A stretch of 55,450 nucleotides of DNA from a virus (taxonomy: Duplodnaviria > Caudoviricetes), in IMG/VR virus record IMGVR_UViG_3300025108_000062, positions 1 through 55,450 of that record, one strand, 5' to 3'. The first letter of the stretch is position 1. Every line of letters starts with the position of its first letter. Shown piece by piece: positions 8,963-17,863 of this stretch. The notes under the pieces were generated by a model. The model searched no databases. It worked only from the letters and a program-made list of their open reading frames with translations, and was not told the origin of the DNA. A program made the position numbers and the translations under genes.

Positions 8963-11437
8963 ATGTTACTAGGTGGATTCTATACAAGTGTTGAACGTTT
9001 AGCAAACAATCTTCTATATCGTGGCTACGATGACGATGGCAAAAAAATATCTCATCGTATCAAATATAAACCAACGCTTTATCTTAAGTCTAAAAAGCAG
9101 AATACATCTTGGAAGTCACTCGATGGTGTTCCAGTAGATCCTATTCAGTTTAGCTCAATGTCAGAGCTAAGGGATTTTCAAAAAACTTATCGCGATGTTC
9201 CTGACTTTAAGCTGTATGGCAACGAACGACACATCCCAGCTTTTATTCAAGGGCAGTTTCCAAATGAAATTCCTTATGATCGACGACTAATTGACATCGC
9301 TTCTCTTGACATTGAAACATCGTTTGGCGATGGTTTCCCAGAAATTGACAATCCTGTTAATGAGATTCTTACTATTGCACTAAAAAGTTCTAGAGACGAC
9401 ACCTATCGTGTTTGGGGTTTAAAACCTTATGACGAGCAATCGACACAATTGCGTTCTTTAAAGATTGAATATCGTCAGTTTAAAGACGAAGCTTCGATGC
9501 TGGAAGCATTTGTCGAATATTGGGCAACGCCAGAAAATACACCTGATATTATTACAGGTTGGAACACCCGCTTTTTCGATATTCCATACATGATTTCTCG
9601 AATGGTTTTTCTTCTTGGCGAAGACTTCGCAAAAGGTCTTTCCCCATGGCGCAAGATTGAACGTAGAGATATTCGTGTTCAAGGTAGTGTTCGAACAACC
9701 TTTGACATTATGGGTATTCAGCATCTTGACTATATGGAATTGTTTAAAAAGTTTGCTTATACATACGGCAATCAGGAGTCTTATTCTCTTAATCATATTT
9801 CGAGTGTAGTACTTGGCGAGAAAAAGCTCGACTATTCTGAAGTTGGTTCTTTACGCGATCTTTATGATGCAGATTATCAAATGTTTGTAGATTACAACAT
9901 TAAAGACGTCGAGCTCATTGAGCGTATGGAAGACAAACTTGGTCTTATTACTCTTGTTATGACTATGGCGTACCTAGGTGGTGTAAATTATCAAGACACA
10001 TTAGGTACCTGTGCGATATGGGATTCAATTATTTTCCGAAGGCTAGCTCGTTTCAATATTGCTACAATTCCATCATCTGATAAAACATCAGAAGCTTTTC
10101 CAGGTGGATATGTAAAAGATCCTCATGTAGGTATGCACGATTGGGTAATGTCTTTTGACCTTAACTCACTTTATCCAAACATAATTGTTCAATACAATAT
10201 GTCGCCTGAAACTATCTTAGGAATGCCAGGCGCTGAAGGTGCTGTAGCTTCAAATGGCGCTGTGTTTAGTAAAGCGAAGAAAGGTATTATTCCCGAAATT
10301 GTCGAAGAGTTATACGCAAAACGTGTAACTGTTAAAGACGAAATGCTTCAAGCTAAAACTAAACTTGAAACAATTTCAAAAACCCAGCGTAATGAATACC
10401 AAACAACCTCAGGGAAAGTTGCACGCCTTGAAACTCTTCAGACAGCAATTAAAATTCTTCTTAACTCTCTTTATGGTGCTATGGGCAACAAATACTTTCG
10501 TTACTTTGATCTTCGAATTGCTTCTGGTATTACTCTGACCGGCCAAGCGGTCATCAAACATGGTGAAAAAAATGTAAATACATTTCTGGACAAATTTATT
10601 GGCGAAAGTAAAGATCGTGTTATTGCAATGGACACTGACTCGCTTTACATTGGAGTTAACGACATCATTGAAAAGTTTAAACCTAAGAATCCTATAGCAT
10701 TCCTTGATGAGTTTGGCTCTAAAGCAATTGAACCTATGCTTGAAAAAGCGTTCCAAGAGTTTTCTGATAGTACAAATGCTTATACAAATCGTATGGTTAT
10801 GAAGCGAGAAGCTATCGCAGATCGAGGTATTTGGACTGCGAAAAAACGTTACATTCTTAATGTACATAACAACGAAGGTGTACAATACGCTAAACCTAAA
10901 ATTAAAATGATGGGTATTGAAGCAGTAAAATCTTCTACGCCTCAAGCTTGTCGAGAAGCTATGAATCAAATGTTTAAAATCATTGTGACAGGCGATGAAG
11001 ACAAAACACAGGAAGCAGTATCTCTTTTCAAAGATCATTTTAAATCTCTTCCTGCTGATCAAGTTGCGTTTCCTCGTGGTGTGACTGATATGACTAAATG
11101 GTCTAATCGTTCTACTGTTTACACAAAAGGAACACCTATACACGCCCGGGGTGCACTTCTTTACAACAATCGAGTAAAATCATTAGGTTTGGAAAAAAAA
11201 TATGAACTTATCCAAAATGGCGATAAAATTAAATTTTTGTATCTTCATGTTCCAAATACAATTCAAGAAAATGTCATATCATTTCCGGGGCATTTGCCTG
11301 AAGAACTCGAGCTAAATAAGTACATTAATTATGATCTTCAGTTTCAAAAGACTTTTCTTGACCCAATCAAAATTATCCTCGATGCGATTGGTTGGTCAGC
11401 AGAACCAAGAGCAGATCTTCAACAATTTCTATTTTAG
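8963..11437 (+). CDS. 43: Family B DNA polymerase gp43
   Basis: Exo DIET, GWN..FFDIPY, YNIKDV; Pol SFDLNSLYP, K...NSLYG, DTDS, KKRY. Confidence 0.97.
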   Translation: MLLGGFYTSVERLANNLLYRGYDDDGKKISHRIKYKPTLYLKSKKQNTSWKSLDGVPVDPIQFSSMSELRDFQKTYRDVPDFKLYGNERHIPAFIQGQFPNEIPYDRRLIDIASLDIETSFGDGFPEIDNPVNEILTIALKSSRDDTYRVWGLKPYDEQSTQLRSLKIEYRQFKDEASMLEAFVEYWATPENTPDIITGWNTRFFDIPYMISRMVFLLGEDFAKGLSPWRKIERRDIRVQGSVRTTFDIMGIQHLDYMELFKKFAYTYGNQESYSLNHISSVVLGEKKLDYSEVGSLRDLYDADYQMFVDYNIKDVELIERMEDKLGLITLVMTMAYLGGVNYQDTLGTCAIWDSIIFRRLARFNIATIPSSDKTSEAFPGGYVKDPHVGMHDWVMSFDLNSLYPNIIVQYNMSPETILGMPGAEGAVASNGAVFSKAKKGIIPEIVEELYAKRVTVKDEMLQAKTKLETISKTQRNEYQTTSGKVARLETLQTAIKILLNSLYGAMGNKYFRYFDLRIASGITLTGQAVIKHGEKNVNTFLDKFIGESKDRVIAMDTDSLYIGVNDIIEKFKPKNPIAFLDEFGSKAIEPMLEKAFQEFSDSTNAYTNRMVMKREAIADRGIWTAKKRYILNVHNNEGVQYAKPKIKMMGIEAVKSSTPQACREAMNQMFKIIVTGDEDKTQEAVSLFKDHFKSLPADQVAFPRGVTDMTKWSNRSTVYTKGTPIHARGALLYNNRVKSLGLEKKYELIQNGDKIKFLYLHVPNTIQENVISFPGHLPEELELNKYINYDLQFQKTFLDPIKIILDAIGWSAEPRADLQQFLF

Positions 11438-11488
11438 TATTTACATTAGTAAATATATAAGATATAATACATAAACAAATTAAAAAAT

Positions 11489-11905
11489 ATGAGTAAAGAT
11501 TGGGTACAAGATATTAGTGATATGCATGAAAAGTACGGAGTACGTCCTGCAGTTGAAAAAATGAATAGTTTAGATTTACGCACATTCTTAAACTTTAGAA
11601 TTAATTTTCTAAAAGAAGAATTAACTGAAACTCAGGTTGCATCAAACAACGCTGGCTATGTTGATTCTGAAGAAGTTGTTGATGGTCTTATTGACTTATG
11701 TGTGGTAGCCATTGGCACGTTGGATGCCTTTGGTGTTGATGCGTATAAAGCGTGGGATGAGGTATTTAAAGCAAATATGAAAAAAGAAGTTGGCATTAAA
11801 GAAACAAGGCCTAATCCTCTTGGTCTTCCAGACCTGATTAAACCTGAAGGATGGGAAGCACCTTCTCATAAAGATAATCATGGTGATTTAGAAAAACTTT
11901 CATAA
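11489..11905 (+). CDS. MazG-like/all-alpha NTP pyrophosphohydrolase (candidate dCTPase)
   Basis: L.EEL.E ... EVVDGLIDL, ANM.K, PDL.KPEGW. Confidence 0.75.
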   Translation: MSKDWVQDISDMHEKYGVRPAVEKMNSLDLRTFLNFRINFLKEELTETQVASNNAGYVDSEEVVDGLIDLCVVAIGTLDAFGVDAYKAWDEVFKANMKKEVGIKETRPNPLGLPDLIKPEGWEAPSHKDNHGDLEKLS

Positions 11906-12843
11906 TGTATTCGCTCACAATATTCAATTCTATTTTCGATAATAAAACACATCGAAAAATGGCCTTCCAAGATTGGAAAGGTTTTGAAGACTTGTTATAT
12001 TCTTTGAGCAAACAGCCTGGTTATAAACCAAAGAAAGGAGAAAGAAAAGATGGCTCGCCGCTTATTACACCAGCTACCTATGATGGGGGCACGACTCGCG
12101 CTAATAGGAATGTTATTTCGTGGGCTAGTTGGGTTGCCCTTGACATTGATGAATATGATTCTACGTTCGAAGAAACGATCGAAGCCTTTAAAGGTCATCG
12201 ATTCGTGTGCTATAGCTCTGCATCTTCATCGAAAGAAAAACCAAAATTCAGAATTGTCTTCCCGCTCACAGAAGAAGTAAAAGCTGATAAGATTAAACAT
12301 CTTTGGTTTGCGTTAAATAAAGAATACAATTCACTTGGTGATCCGCAAACCAAAGATCTTTCGCGCATGTATTATGTTCCAGCACAATATCCTAATGCGT
12401 ATAACTTTATTTTTACACATGAAGGACCATTTCTTGATCCGGTAAAACTAATGGCAAAATATGATTTTGTAGAAAATTCAGGAAATTCATTAAGTGATCA
12501 TTTACCTGAAGCAATTCAAAAAGAGTTGAAAAAGCACTATGAAAGCAAGTTGACAAATACAAATATTAAATGGTCATCTTATCGCGATTGTCCTTTTGTT
12601 AACAAGCAGCTTGTTACTGAGTATATGACAATTAATGAATCTGGTTGGTATCATCACATGTATCGAATAATGATGAGTATTGCTGCTAATGCTATTCGTA
12701 GAAAATATCCTATCACACCTAACGAGGTTGAATCACTTGTTAGAGAAATTGACAACGAAAATGGAGGGTGGTATCGTGGTAGACCAGTAAAACTTGAAGC
12801 TGCTCGAGCCATAGATTTTGCAGTCAAAAGTGTATCTTTTTAG
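11905..12843 (+). CDS. Archaeo-eukaryotic primase (AEP/prim-pol)-like protein
   Basis: ALDID (DxD), YSSAS....PKFRIVFPL, D.QTKDLSRMYYVP and a helical C-terminal domain. Confidence 0.65.
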   Translation: MYSLTIFNSIFDNKTHRKMAFQDWKGFEDLLYSLSKQPGYKPKKGERKDGSPLITPATYDGGTTRANRNVISWASWVALDIDEYDSTFEETIEAFKGHRFVCYSSASSSKEKPKFRIVFPLTEEVKADKIKHLWFALNKEYNSLGDPQTKDLSRMYYVPAQYPNAYNFIFTHEGPFLDPVKLMAKYDFVENSGNSLSDHLPEAIQKELKKHYESKLTNTNIKWSSYRDCPFVNKQLVTEYMTINESGWYHHMYRIMMSIAANAIRRKYPITPNEVESLVREIDNENGGWYRGRPVKLEAARAIDFAVKSVSF

Positions 12844-12866
12844 CAGTTTTATACAAAAATGACTTA

Positions 12867-12957
12867 AATCTGTAATACAAATTAAAAAAAGTGCTATTAT
12901 TTAGTAAAAAAGTATTTACAGTGGTCATTTTTTGTGGTAGAATATAATCAGAATCAA
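12867..12957 (+). promoter_or_regulatory. Early promoter cassette with AATCTGTA-W-TACARATT palindrome
   Basis: Palindrome 12867-12883, A-tract, TTTACA 12915, TAGAAT 12938, then ATAATCAGAATCAA. Confidence 0.8.
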
Positions 12958-12975
12958 GGAAAACCCCTTAATAAA

Positions 12976-13089
12976 AGCTCTATAGTTTAAAAAGTAAAAC
13001 ATTCTCCACGACCTCTTCAACCATAAGTCACCGAAACCCCAATGGTTCGGGCGAGAAAAATAAAGGTGCAATTCCTTTTAGAGCAGCCA
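12976..13089 (+). ncRNA. tRNA-like RNA with a 46 nt insert replacing the anticodon loop
   Basis: GCTCTA/TAGAGC acceptor + G-CCA, D-arm GTTT/AAAC, stem TTCTC/GAGAA, T-arm AAAGG-TGCAATT-CCTTT. Confidence 0.6.
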
Positions 13090-13099
13090 ATTTCCCATA

Positions 13100-13207
13100 A
13101 GTAATCAGATGAACACCAGTAATCAGATGAACACCAAAAAAAGCCTATTTTTAGTAAAAAAAGTATTTACAAACTACCCATCGTGTGGTAGAATATAATC
13201 AGAATCA
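13100..13207 (+). promoter_or_regulatory. Early promoter cassette with two tandem 18-bp degenerate TGTTC-N4-GAACA units
   Basis: AGTAATCAGATGAACACC twice (13100-13135); TTTACA 13166; TAGAAT 13189. Confidence 0.8.
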
Positions 13208-13227
13208 AGGAAGAAAGTATATTAGTT

Positions 13228-13467
13228 ATGAAAGAAAATAATAACGAGCAGAAGAAGCAAGTGTTGGAGCATATGGATGAGCTTATGAACTGCTTTACTG
13301 ATAAGCTTAAGGTTCTTGAAGCATTAGATAGTGATAGAGCTTGTAGCGGTTGTGCAGATCTTAATGATCAGCTTGATAGCTTATGGAAGCATCAGACTAA
13401 ACTTAAGCAAGCTATTTACAGAGGTAAGGATGTTGTCCCAAATGATCTCGCTAAACTCTACAGCTAA
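13228..13467 (+). CDS. Hypothetical early protein
   Basis: First ORF after promoter; CSGC motif. Confidence 0.55.
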   Translation: MKENNNEQKKQVLEHMDELMNCFTDKLKVLEALDSDRACSGCADLNDQLDSLWKHQTKLKQAIYRGKDVVPNDLAKLYS

Positions 13468-13489
13468 AGGAACTCAACTATATTACATC

Positions 13490-13690
13490 ATGAAAGAAAA
13501 CAAAAAACTAGAGAACGGACTAACTTGGATTAAAAACCACCTCCTGAACTCCCCACCCCCGCGGGAGGAGCTACACATGCTTGTCAAAGAGGCATCTGAG
13601 AATTTTAAAGTTGATGTAGATCTTATGCGTCGTAAAGCTGAGTCTTCAATTGTTCACACCATTGATTTGAGTAACTTTATCGAGCTCTAA
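13490..13690 (+). CDS. Hypothetical early protein
   Basis: ATG at 13490 within the listed ORF avoids overlap with the previous gene. Confidence 0.5.
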   Translation: MKENKKLENGLTWIKNHLLNSPPPREELHMLVKEASENFKVDVDLMRRKAESSIVHTIDLSNFIEL

Positions 13691-13703
13691 AATAAATTTT
13701 ATT

Positions 13704-13910
13704 ATGTTAAAAGAAAAAATGATTAGAAACTACATTGATTCAGGTGAGCATGTTTTCGTCTCGCTCAAACCATTTGATCCTATTGATGAATCCCTTTCCG
13801 CAGAAGGTGTTATCAAGCGGTTGGATGCGAATGGATGGTTTCAACTTGAATTCATGGGATCAATAAACGGTTACCATATTAGCCAAGTTAAAAGCATTAT
13901 AACAGATTAG
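13704..13910 (+). CDS. Hypothetical early protein
   Basis: 68 aa, TATTATG start. Confidence 0.5.
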   Translation: MLKEKMIRNYIDSGEHVFVSLKPFDPIDESLSAEGVIKRLDANGWFQLEFMGSINGYHISQVKSIITD

Positions 13911-14029
13911 TCAAGTGAGTATAAACACGGTTAAGCGATAGAATAAGACGTAAAATAATGAACTATTGTGGGAGTAAGGGTGCCCTCAGAGAAAGACCCT
14001 CAACTTTAGGAAAACACAAAACAAAATAC

Positions 14030-14153
14030 GGCCCGGTCATTTAACAGGTAAGACCCATCTATATTATACCCAAATCAGTAAAGTGCACTTTACTGTGATG
14101 CGCGCTAGCTAGCGTCTATAGAGGGAATGCAGGTTCGAATCCTGCCCGGGCCT
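14030..14153 (+). ncRNA. tRNA-like RNA with enlarged, hairpin-containing anticodon arm
   Basis: Perfect acceptor GGCCCGG/CCGGGCC, D-loop AACAGGTA, canonical T-arm GCAGG-TTCGAAT-CCTGC, inner stem TCTATA/TATAGA. Confidence 0.7.
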
Positions 14154-14154
14154 G

Positions 14155-14223
14155 CTCCTAGCAATTAACGAGGCGTCAAAGACTTCACGCCTACAACCTG
14201 AAAGGGGGAGGCTAGGTGGGAGT
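14155..14223 (+). ncRNA. Possible structured RNA element
   Basis: CCTAGC/GCTAGG enclosing AGGCGT/ACGCCT and CCT-GAAA-GGG hairpins; GC-rich in AT-rich context. Confidence 0.35.
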
Positions 14224-14237
14224 AAAAAAAATATATT

Positions 14238-14447
14238 ATGAAAAAATCAAATCAAATCAAATCGGCTATTGTCGAGGAAGTAATCCAAGATCTCATCCGC
14301 GAGATCGAAAGTGAACCGGACGATTCTATAGCACTTCCTATTTGGAAAGTCATGATGAGGTTACGTGAAAAATATTGCCCAGTAGACACTACAAACTTTA
14401 TTGAGAAATATGGATCGTATGATAATAAAAAAGCAAACTTTATGTAA
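14238..14447 (+). CDS. Hypothetical protein
   Basis: 69 aa, TATTATG start. Confidence 0.5.
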   Translation: MKKSNQIKSAIVEEVIQDLIREIESEPDDSIALPIWKVMMRLREKYCPVDTTNFIEKYGSYDNKKANFM

Positions 14448-14497
14448 AAAAAGTATTTACAACTGCCATTTTTTATGGTAGAATATATTCAGAATCA
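14445..14497 (+). promoter_or_regulatory. Early promoter cassette
   Basis: AAAAAAGTATTTACA (14456), TAGAAT 14479, CAGAATCAA. Confidence 0.8.
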
Positions 14498-14512
14498 AAA
14501 AAGACTACCACA

Positions 14513-14722
14513 ATGAAAACTGAAAAACCACTTGCCACAATAACTAAAGAAAAAACAGATTACGATAAATTCTTAGAGGAACGTAATGCCGCTCAACTAT
14601 TAAGAGACGAGCTTTGTTGGCTCCTTGGATATATGGATTCCCGCGATGACGTGGTCGTCAGAGATAAACTTAAGAAGGCCTTAAAAGAACACGATGAGAA
14701 CCGATGCCAATCTTGGCTTTAA
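14513..14722 (+). CDS. Hypothetical early protein
   Basis: First ORF after promoter. Confidence 0.5.
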   Translation: MKTEKPLATITKEKTDYDKFLEERNAAQLLRDELCWLLGYMDSRDDVVVRDKLKKALKEHDENRCQSWL

Positions 14723-14728
14723 TATTTT

Positions 14729-15004
14729 ATGAAAGCACATATGAAAAAGCATTATAGCAATAACTATAATAAAACAGTTTCGTGGGATAATGGTTATACG
14801 TGTAATTATAACGAATATTTCCAGGTCGAAAAAATGGAAGATATTGGAATGGTTTACCCTTCTCCGCAATATCTTAAAAACAACAAAGAAACACGTGTAA
14901 CTTTAGGTGGTGGAAATCAAGCATATAGATATGCTACTAATGGAGAAGTCGAGTTCTATGTAGACTTTGAAGCTAAAGCTTTTTGGAGGGAGGATTTTAG
15001 ATGA
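14729..15004 (+). CDS. Hypothetical protein
   Basis: 91 aa ORF in operon. Confidence 0.5.
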   Translation: MKAHMKKHYSNNYNKTVSWDNGYTCNYNEYFQVEKMEDIGMVYPSPQYLKNNKETRVTLGGGNQAYRYATNGEVEFYVDFEAKAFWREDFR

Positions 15005-15127
15005 ATCGCAAAGACAGAGAATTTTTTGAAAATGTCGTATTTGGATGTTTTCTACTTTTAGCGGCTGTAGCATTTATAGCAGTGTTTATAAAACTAATTG
15101 AAAATATTTAACACAAATTATCATATT

Positions 15128-15553
15128 ATGAAAAAAACAATATTACTAGGATTTGGTTTAGCCGTTCCTATTTGGGGAGTTACATTTTGGTCAGCACAAA
15201 ATGCAAAGAGTGTAGAAATCGTAGAAAAGGTAGTGTTGTCTGAACCAGAAAAGGTTGAAGCACACGTCTTTCTAACTAAATGGCAGATTGATAAAATGTC
15301 ATCTTCCTTCAGCGAAGATTCACACCCTTCCGATACCGTTAAATTTAACAGCATTGTTAGAAAAGATGGAAGCGGTTGGAGGATTTCTTCCACACACTTG
15401 GTTAAAGGTTCAGAAAGGTATCCAACACCAAAAGGTCCGTATTACGTGGTTGACTCATCATATGTTGACCACTCGGGAGATTTTAAATCTTGCATCGAAT
15501 ACGCAGATAGCTATAAAGAGTTTCATGATTATATCGTGGTAAGTCCTGAATAA
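15128..15553 (+). CDS. Hypothetical membrane-anchored/secreted protein
   Basis: MKKTILLGFGLAVPIWGVTFW N-terminal hydrophobic segment. Confidence 0.55.
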   Translation: MKKTILLGFGLAVPIWGVTFWSAQNAKSVEIVEKVVLSEPEKVEAHVFLTKWQIDKMSSSFSEDSHPSDTVKFNSIVRKDGSGWRISSTHLVKGSERYPTPKGPYYVVDSSYVDHSGDFKSCIEYADSYKEFHDYIVVSPE

Positions 15554-15574
15554 GTAATACTACAACTTAATCGT

Positions 15575-16198
15575 ATGGAGAACACAGTAGAGTTATTAGG
15601 ACATTATGGATCAGATGAAACAATTGCGTGCAGCGCTTGGACATCAACATCAAGAAAACTGAATGAAGAAAAACGAAAAAGAATTCCGGAGCTCCTCAAC
15701 ATGCTTTGGAGCGAGGGACACGAAACCCCTTTTGAAAAATGCAGCGTTCATTTTCTTATTGATTGTGATATCGCCTCTCATATTCATTTACTTAAGCATA
15801 GATTATCTTCGCTTAATGCAGAGTCGGCACGATACAAAGAACTAAAAGAGGATAAAATGTTTGTTCCTGAAGATTGGCCAGCATTTTGGCAGGAAATGTT
15901 AGTGTCTTATACACAAAAAGGGAATGAGCTTTACCATCAGTGTGTCGGTGAATTGACTGATACACTAGGACGTAAACGAGCAAAAGAATCTGCCCGCTTC
16001 TTTAAGACTTACAATAGCCGCATCCAAGCAGATGTACAATTTAATTTACGTTCTTTCGCCAATTTTATTAAACTGCGTAAAAGCCAACACGCGCAAAAGG
16101 AGATTAGAGAAATCGCTGAAAAAATGCTTAACTGTGTTATGCTTATTGAAGGCAATCCCTTTAAACACACACTAAAAAGTTGGCACAAAATTATTTAA
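15575..16198 (+). CDS. thyX: FAD-dependent thymidylate synthase
   Basis: GHETPFE, HLLKHR.SSLNAESARY (ThyX RHRx7SxR-type motif), NLRSF.NF..LR...HAQ.EIR. Confidence 0.9.
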   Translation: MENTVELLGHYGSDETIACSAWTSTSRKLNEEKRKRIPELLNMLWSEGHETPFEKCSVHFLIDCDIASHIHLLKHRLSSLNAESARYKELKEDKMFVPEDWPAFWQEMLVSYTQKGNELYHQCVGELTDTLGRKRAKESARFFKTYNSRIQADVQFNLRSFANFIKLRKSQHAQKEIREIAEKMLNCVMLIEGNPFKHTLKSWHKII

Positions 16199-16207
16199 AA
16201 AAACATT

Positions 16208-16645
16208 ATGAAAAAAGCAGCATTATTATCAACACTTATTCTTTTAACCTCATTTTTAATCAAGTATGGAGTAGAGGCATACGTATCTCGTCCACCCGAT
16301 TATCCAGACGGCCCAACCGTAAATGCCGATAATTTGTACACGGATTACGCTACGAGTACATTTTATAACTCAGCAAACATGGGTCAAGACAGCTTATTTA
16401 CGGGAACATCTATTAGATACCACGTTAATGGTGAAATGCTTGCAAAGGCTGGAATTAAAAATGGAAAACTGCATGGCCCGTTTGACTCTTGGTACGAGAA
16501 CGGACAGAAACATATTTCTTTGGTTTGGAACAATGGAGAAAAATTCAAGAATTTTAAAGCGTATTTTCCTAATGGTAAGCGCATCCCTGGCGATGCTAAT
16601 GTTCTCGCAGAGCGAATTTTTTCTGGTGAAATCATTGAAGAGTAA
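16208..16645 (+). CDS. Membrane-anchored MORN-variant repeat protein
   Basis: N-terminal hydrophobic helix; KNGKLHGPFDSWYENGQK repeat type. Confidence 0.65.
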   Translation: MKKAALLSTLILLTSFLIKYGVEAYVSRPPDYPDGPTVNADNLYTDYATSTFYNSANMGQDSLFTGTSIRYHVNGEMLAKAGIKNGKLHGPFDSWYENGQKHISLVWNNGEKFKNFKAYFPNGKRIPGDANVLAERIFSGEIIEE

Positions 16646-16687
16646 TTTGTTATTTACAAATACCGCGTAATAGTGTAGAATATAGTT

Positions 16688-17419
16688 ATGCAAACTAAGG
16701 ATATCCGCGATCTGTTTATTGATCTATATAACACAGAAAAATACGTTACCGATAAAACAGGTGTAAAAACACTTGAAATTGTTGGTGCATCTTTTACTGC
16801 TGATGAAGTATCAATATTCGGTACTCCTAATAATGAGTATATCAAAAGAGAAATTGATTGGTATCTTAGCGAAAGTCTTTATGTGTATGACATTCCTGAA
16901 AAAACGCCTGAAATATGGAAACAGATATCATCGACAAAAGGCAAGATTAATTCTAATTACGGTCAGCTGATCTTTAGTAAAGAAAACCATAAGCAATACA
17001 ACCACGTATGCCAGCAACTCTTATGTGATCCAAATTCACGAAGAGCTGTTATGATTTACCAAAGACCTACTATGCATGACGATTTTAGTGTTGATGGTAT
17101 GTCTGATTTCATTTGCACTAACGCTGTACAATATATGGTCCGTGACAACGCTCTTCATGCTGTTGTTCAAATGCGATCAAATGATGTTGTGTTTGGTTAC
17201 AGAAATGATTATGCCTGGCAAAAGTTTGTCCTTGATCGTCTAGTAAAAGATCTAAATGATTTTGGTGAAAATACTTATTCAGCCGGTGACATTACTTGGC
17301 AAGTAGGATCTTTACACGTATACGAACGCCATTTCAAGTTTATTGATAAGGAAATCGAAGCAAGAAAAAAGGCTGATGAAGTTCAATCTCTTGCTCAATC
17401 ATCGATGGGTGACTCATGA
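16688..17419 (+). CDS. 42: dCMP hydroxymethylase (T4 gp42 homolog)
   Basis: Colinear with T4 gp42 as recalled: DKTGVKT.EI.GASF.ADE, INSNYG, DGMSDF.CTN.VQY, MRSNDVVFG.RNDYAWQ (Asp at the cytosine-specificity position), GSLHVY.RHF. Confidence 0.92.
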   Translation: MQTKDIRDLFIDLYNTEKYVTDKTGVKTLEIVGASFTADEVSIFGTPNNEYIKREIDWYLSESLYVYDIPEKTPEIWKQISSTKGKINSNYGQLIFSKENHKQYNHVCQQLLCDPNSRRAVMIYQRPTMHDDFSVDGMSDFICTNAVQYMVRDNALHAVVQMRSNDVVFGYRNDYAWQKFVLDRLVKDLNDFGENTYSAGDITWQVGSLHVYERHFKFIDKEIEARKKADEVQSLAQSSMGDS

Positions 17420-17841
17420 AGTTTAACGCATCTCAACTAGATAGCGATTTTTATCTCGCTCGAGCTAAGGCAGAGGCGGCCGAAATCTTTTCAAAGACAA
17501 GTACCCGTTTAAAAAGGTCATTCAACCAAATTTTAGAAACAACTTTGTACGGCCATGCTCCTGAAGTATTTCTTATAAAAGAAATGGGATTTACTGATGA
17601 TACTAGAAAATATAAAGACGTTATTGATGCGGAGAATAGTTTTGTAGAAGTAAAAGTAACTGAAGGTGACTATTACGTTCCGTATGTTTTAAAGAGAGCC
17701 AACCGTGCTCGTCAAGACGCGTGGAGAGAATACCCGGATATTCTATATATTTTTATCGGAGACAAGGTGACTGCAGACTATAGCCTCCACGGCATTTACT
17801 ATTGGAATAAAAATAAGAAACAATTTGTTTTACAAAATTGA
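17416..17841 (+). CDS. Putative PD-(D/E)XK-fold nuclease-like protein
   Basis: E...(x)...YKDVID....VEVK motif; ATGA-coupled to gene 42. Confidence 0.4.
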   Translation: MKFNASQLDSDFYLARAKAEAAEIFSKTSTRLKRSFNQILETTLYGHAPEVFLIKEMGFTDDTRKYKDVIDAENSFVEVKVTEGDYYVPYVLKRANRARQDAWREYPDILYIFIGDKVTADYSLHGIYYWNKNKKQFVLQN

Positions 17842-17863
17842 TAAAATATAATATAATAACAGC

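Noticed and set aside
10409-11143. Long minus-strand ORF, and all other minus-strand or nested alternate-frame ORFs in the track
   Set aside because: Shadows of conserved + strand genes; no recognisable motifs, promoters or start contexts
12976-13089. Canonical tRNA-Sec or UGA-suppressor tRNA
   Set aside because: UCA triplet is not in a 7-nt anticodon loop; no 8-bp acceptor, 6-bp D-stem or long variable arm
13100-13135. 18-bp direct repeat as a CRISPR array
   Set aside because: Only two adjacent units with no spacers; explained as tandem operator-like boxes
14030-14223. tmRNA
   Set aside because: Only 124 nt between acceptor strands, with no tag reading frame
16688-17419. ThyA or dUMP hydroxymethylase (hmU genome)
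   Set aside because: Colinear with T4 gp42, has Asp at the specificity position, and a separate ThyX supplies dTMP
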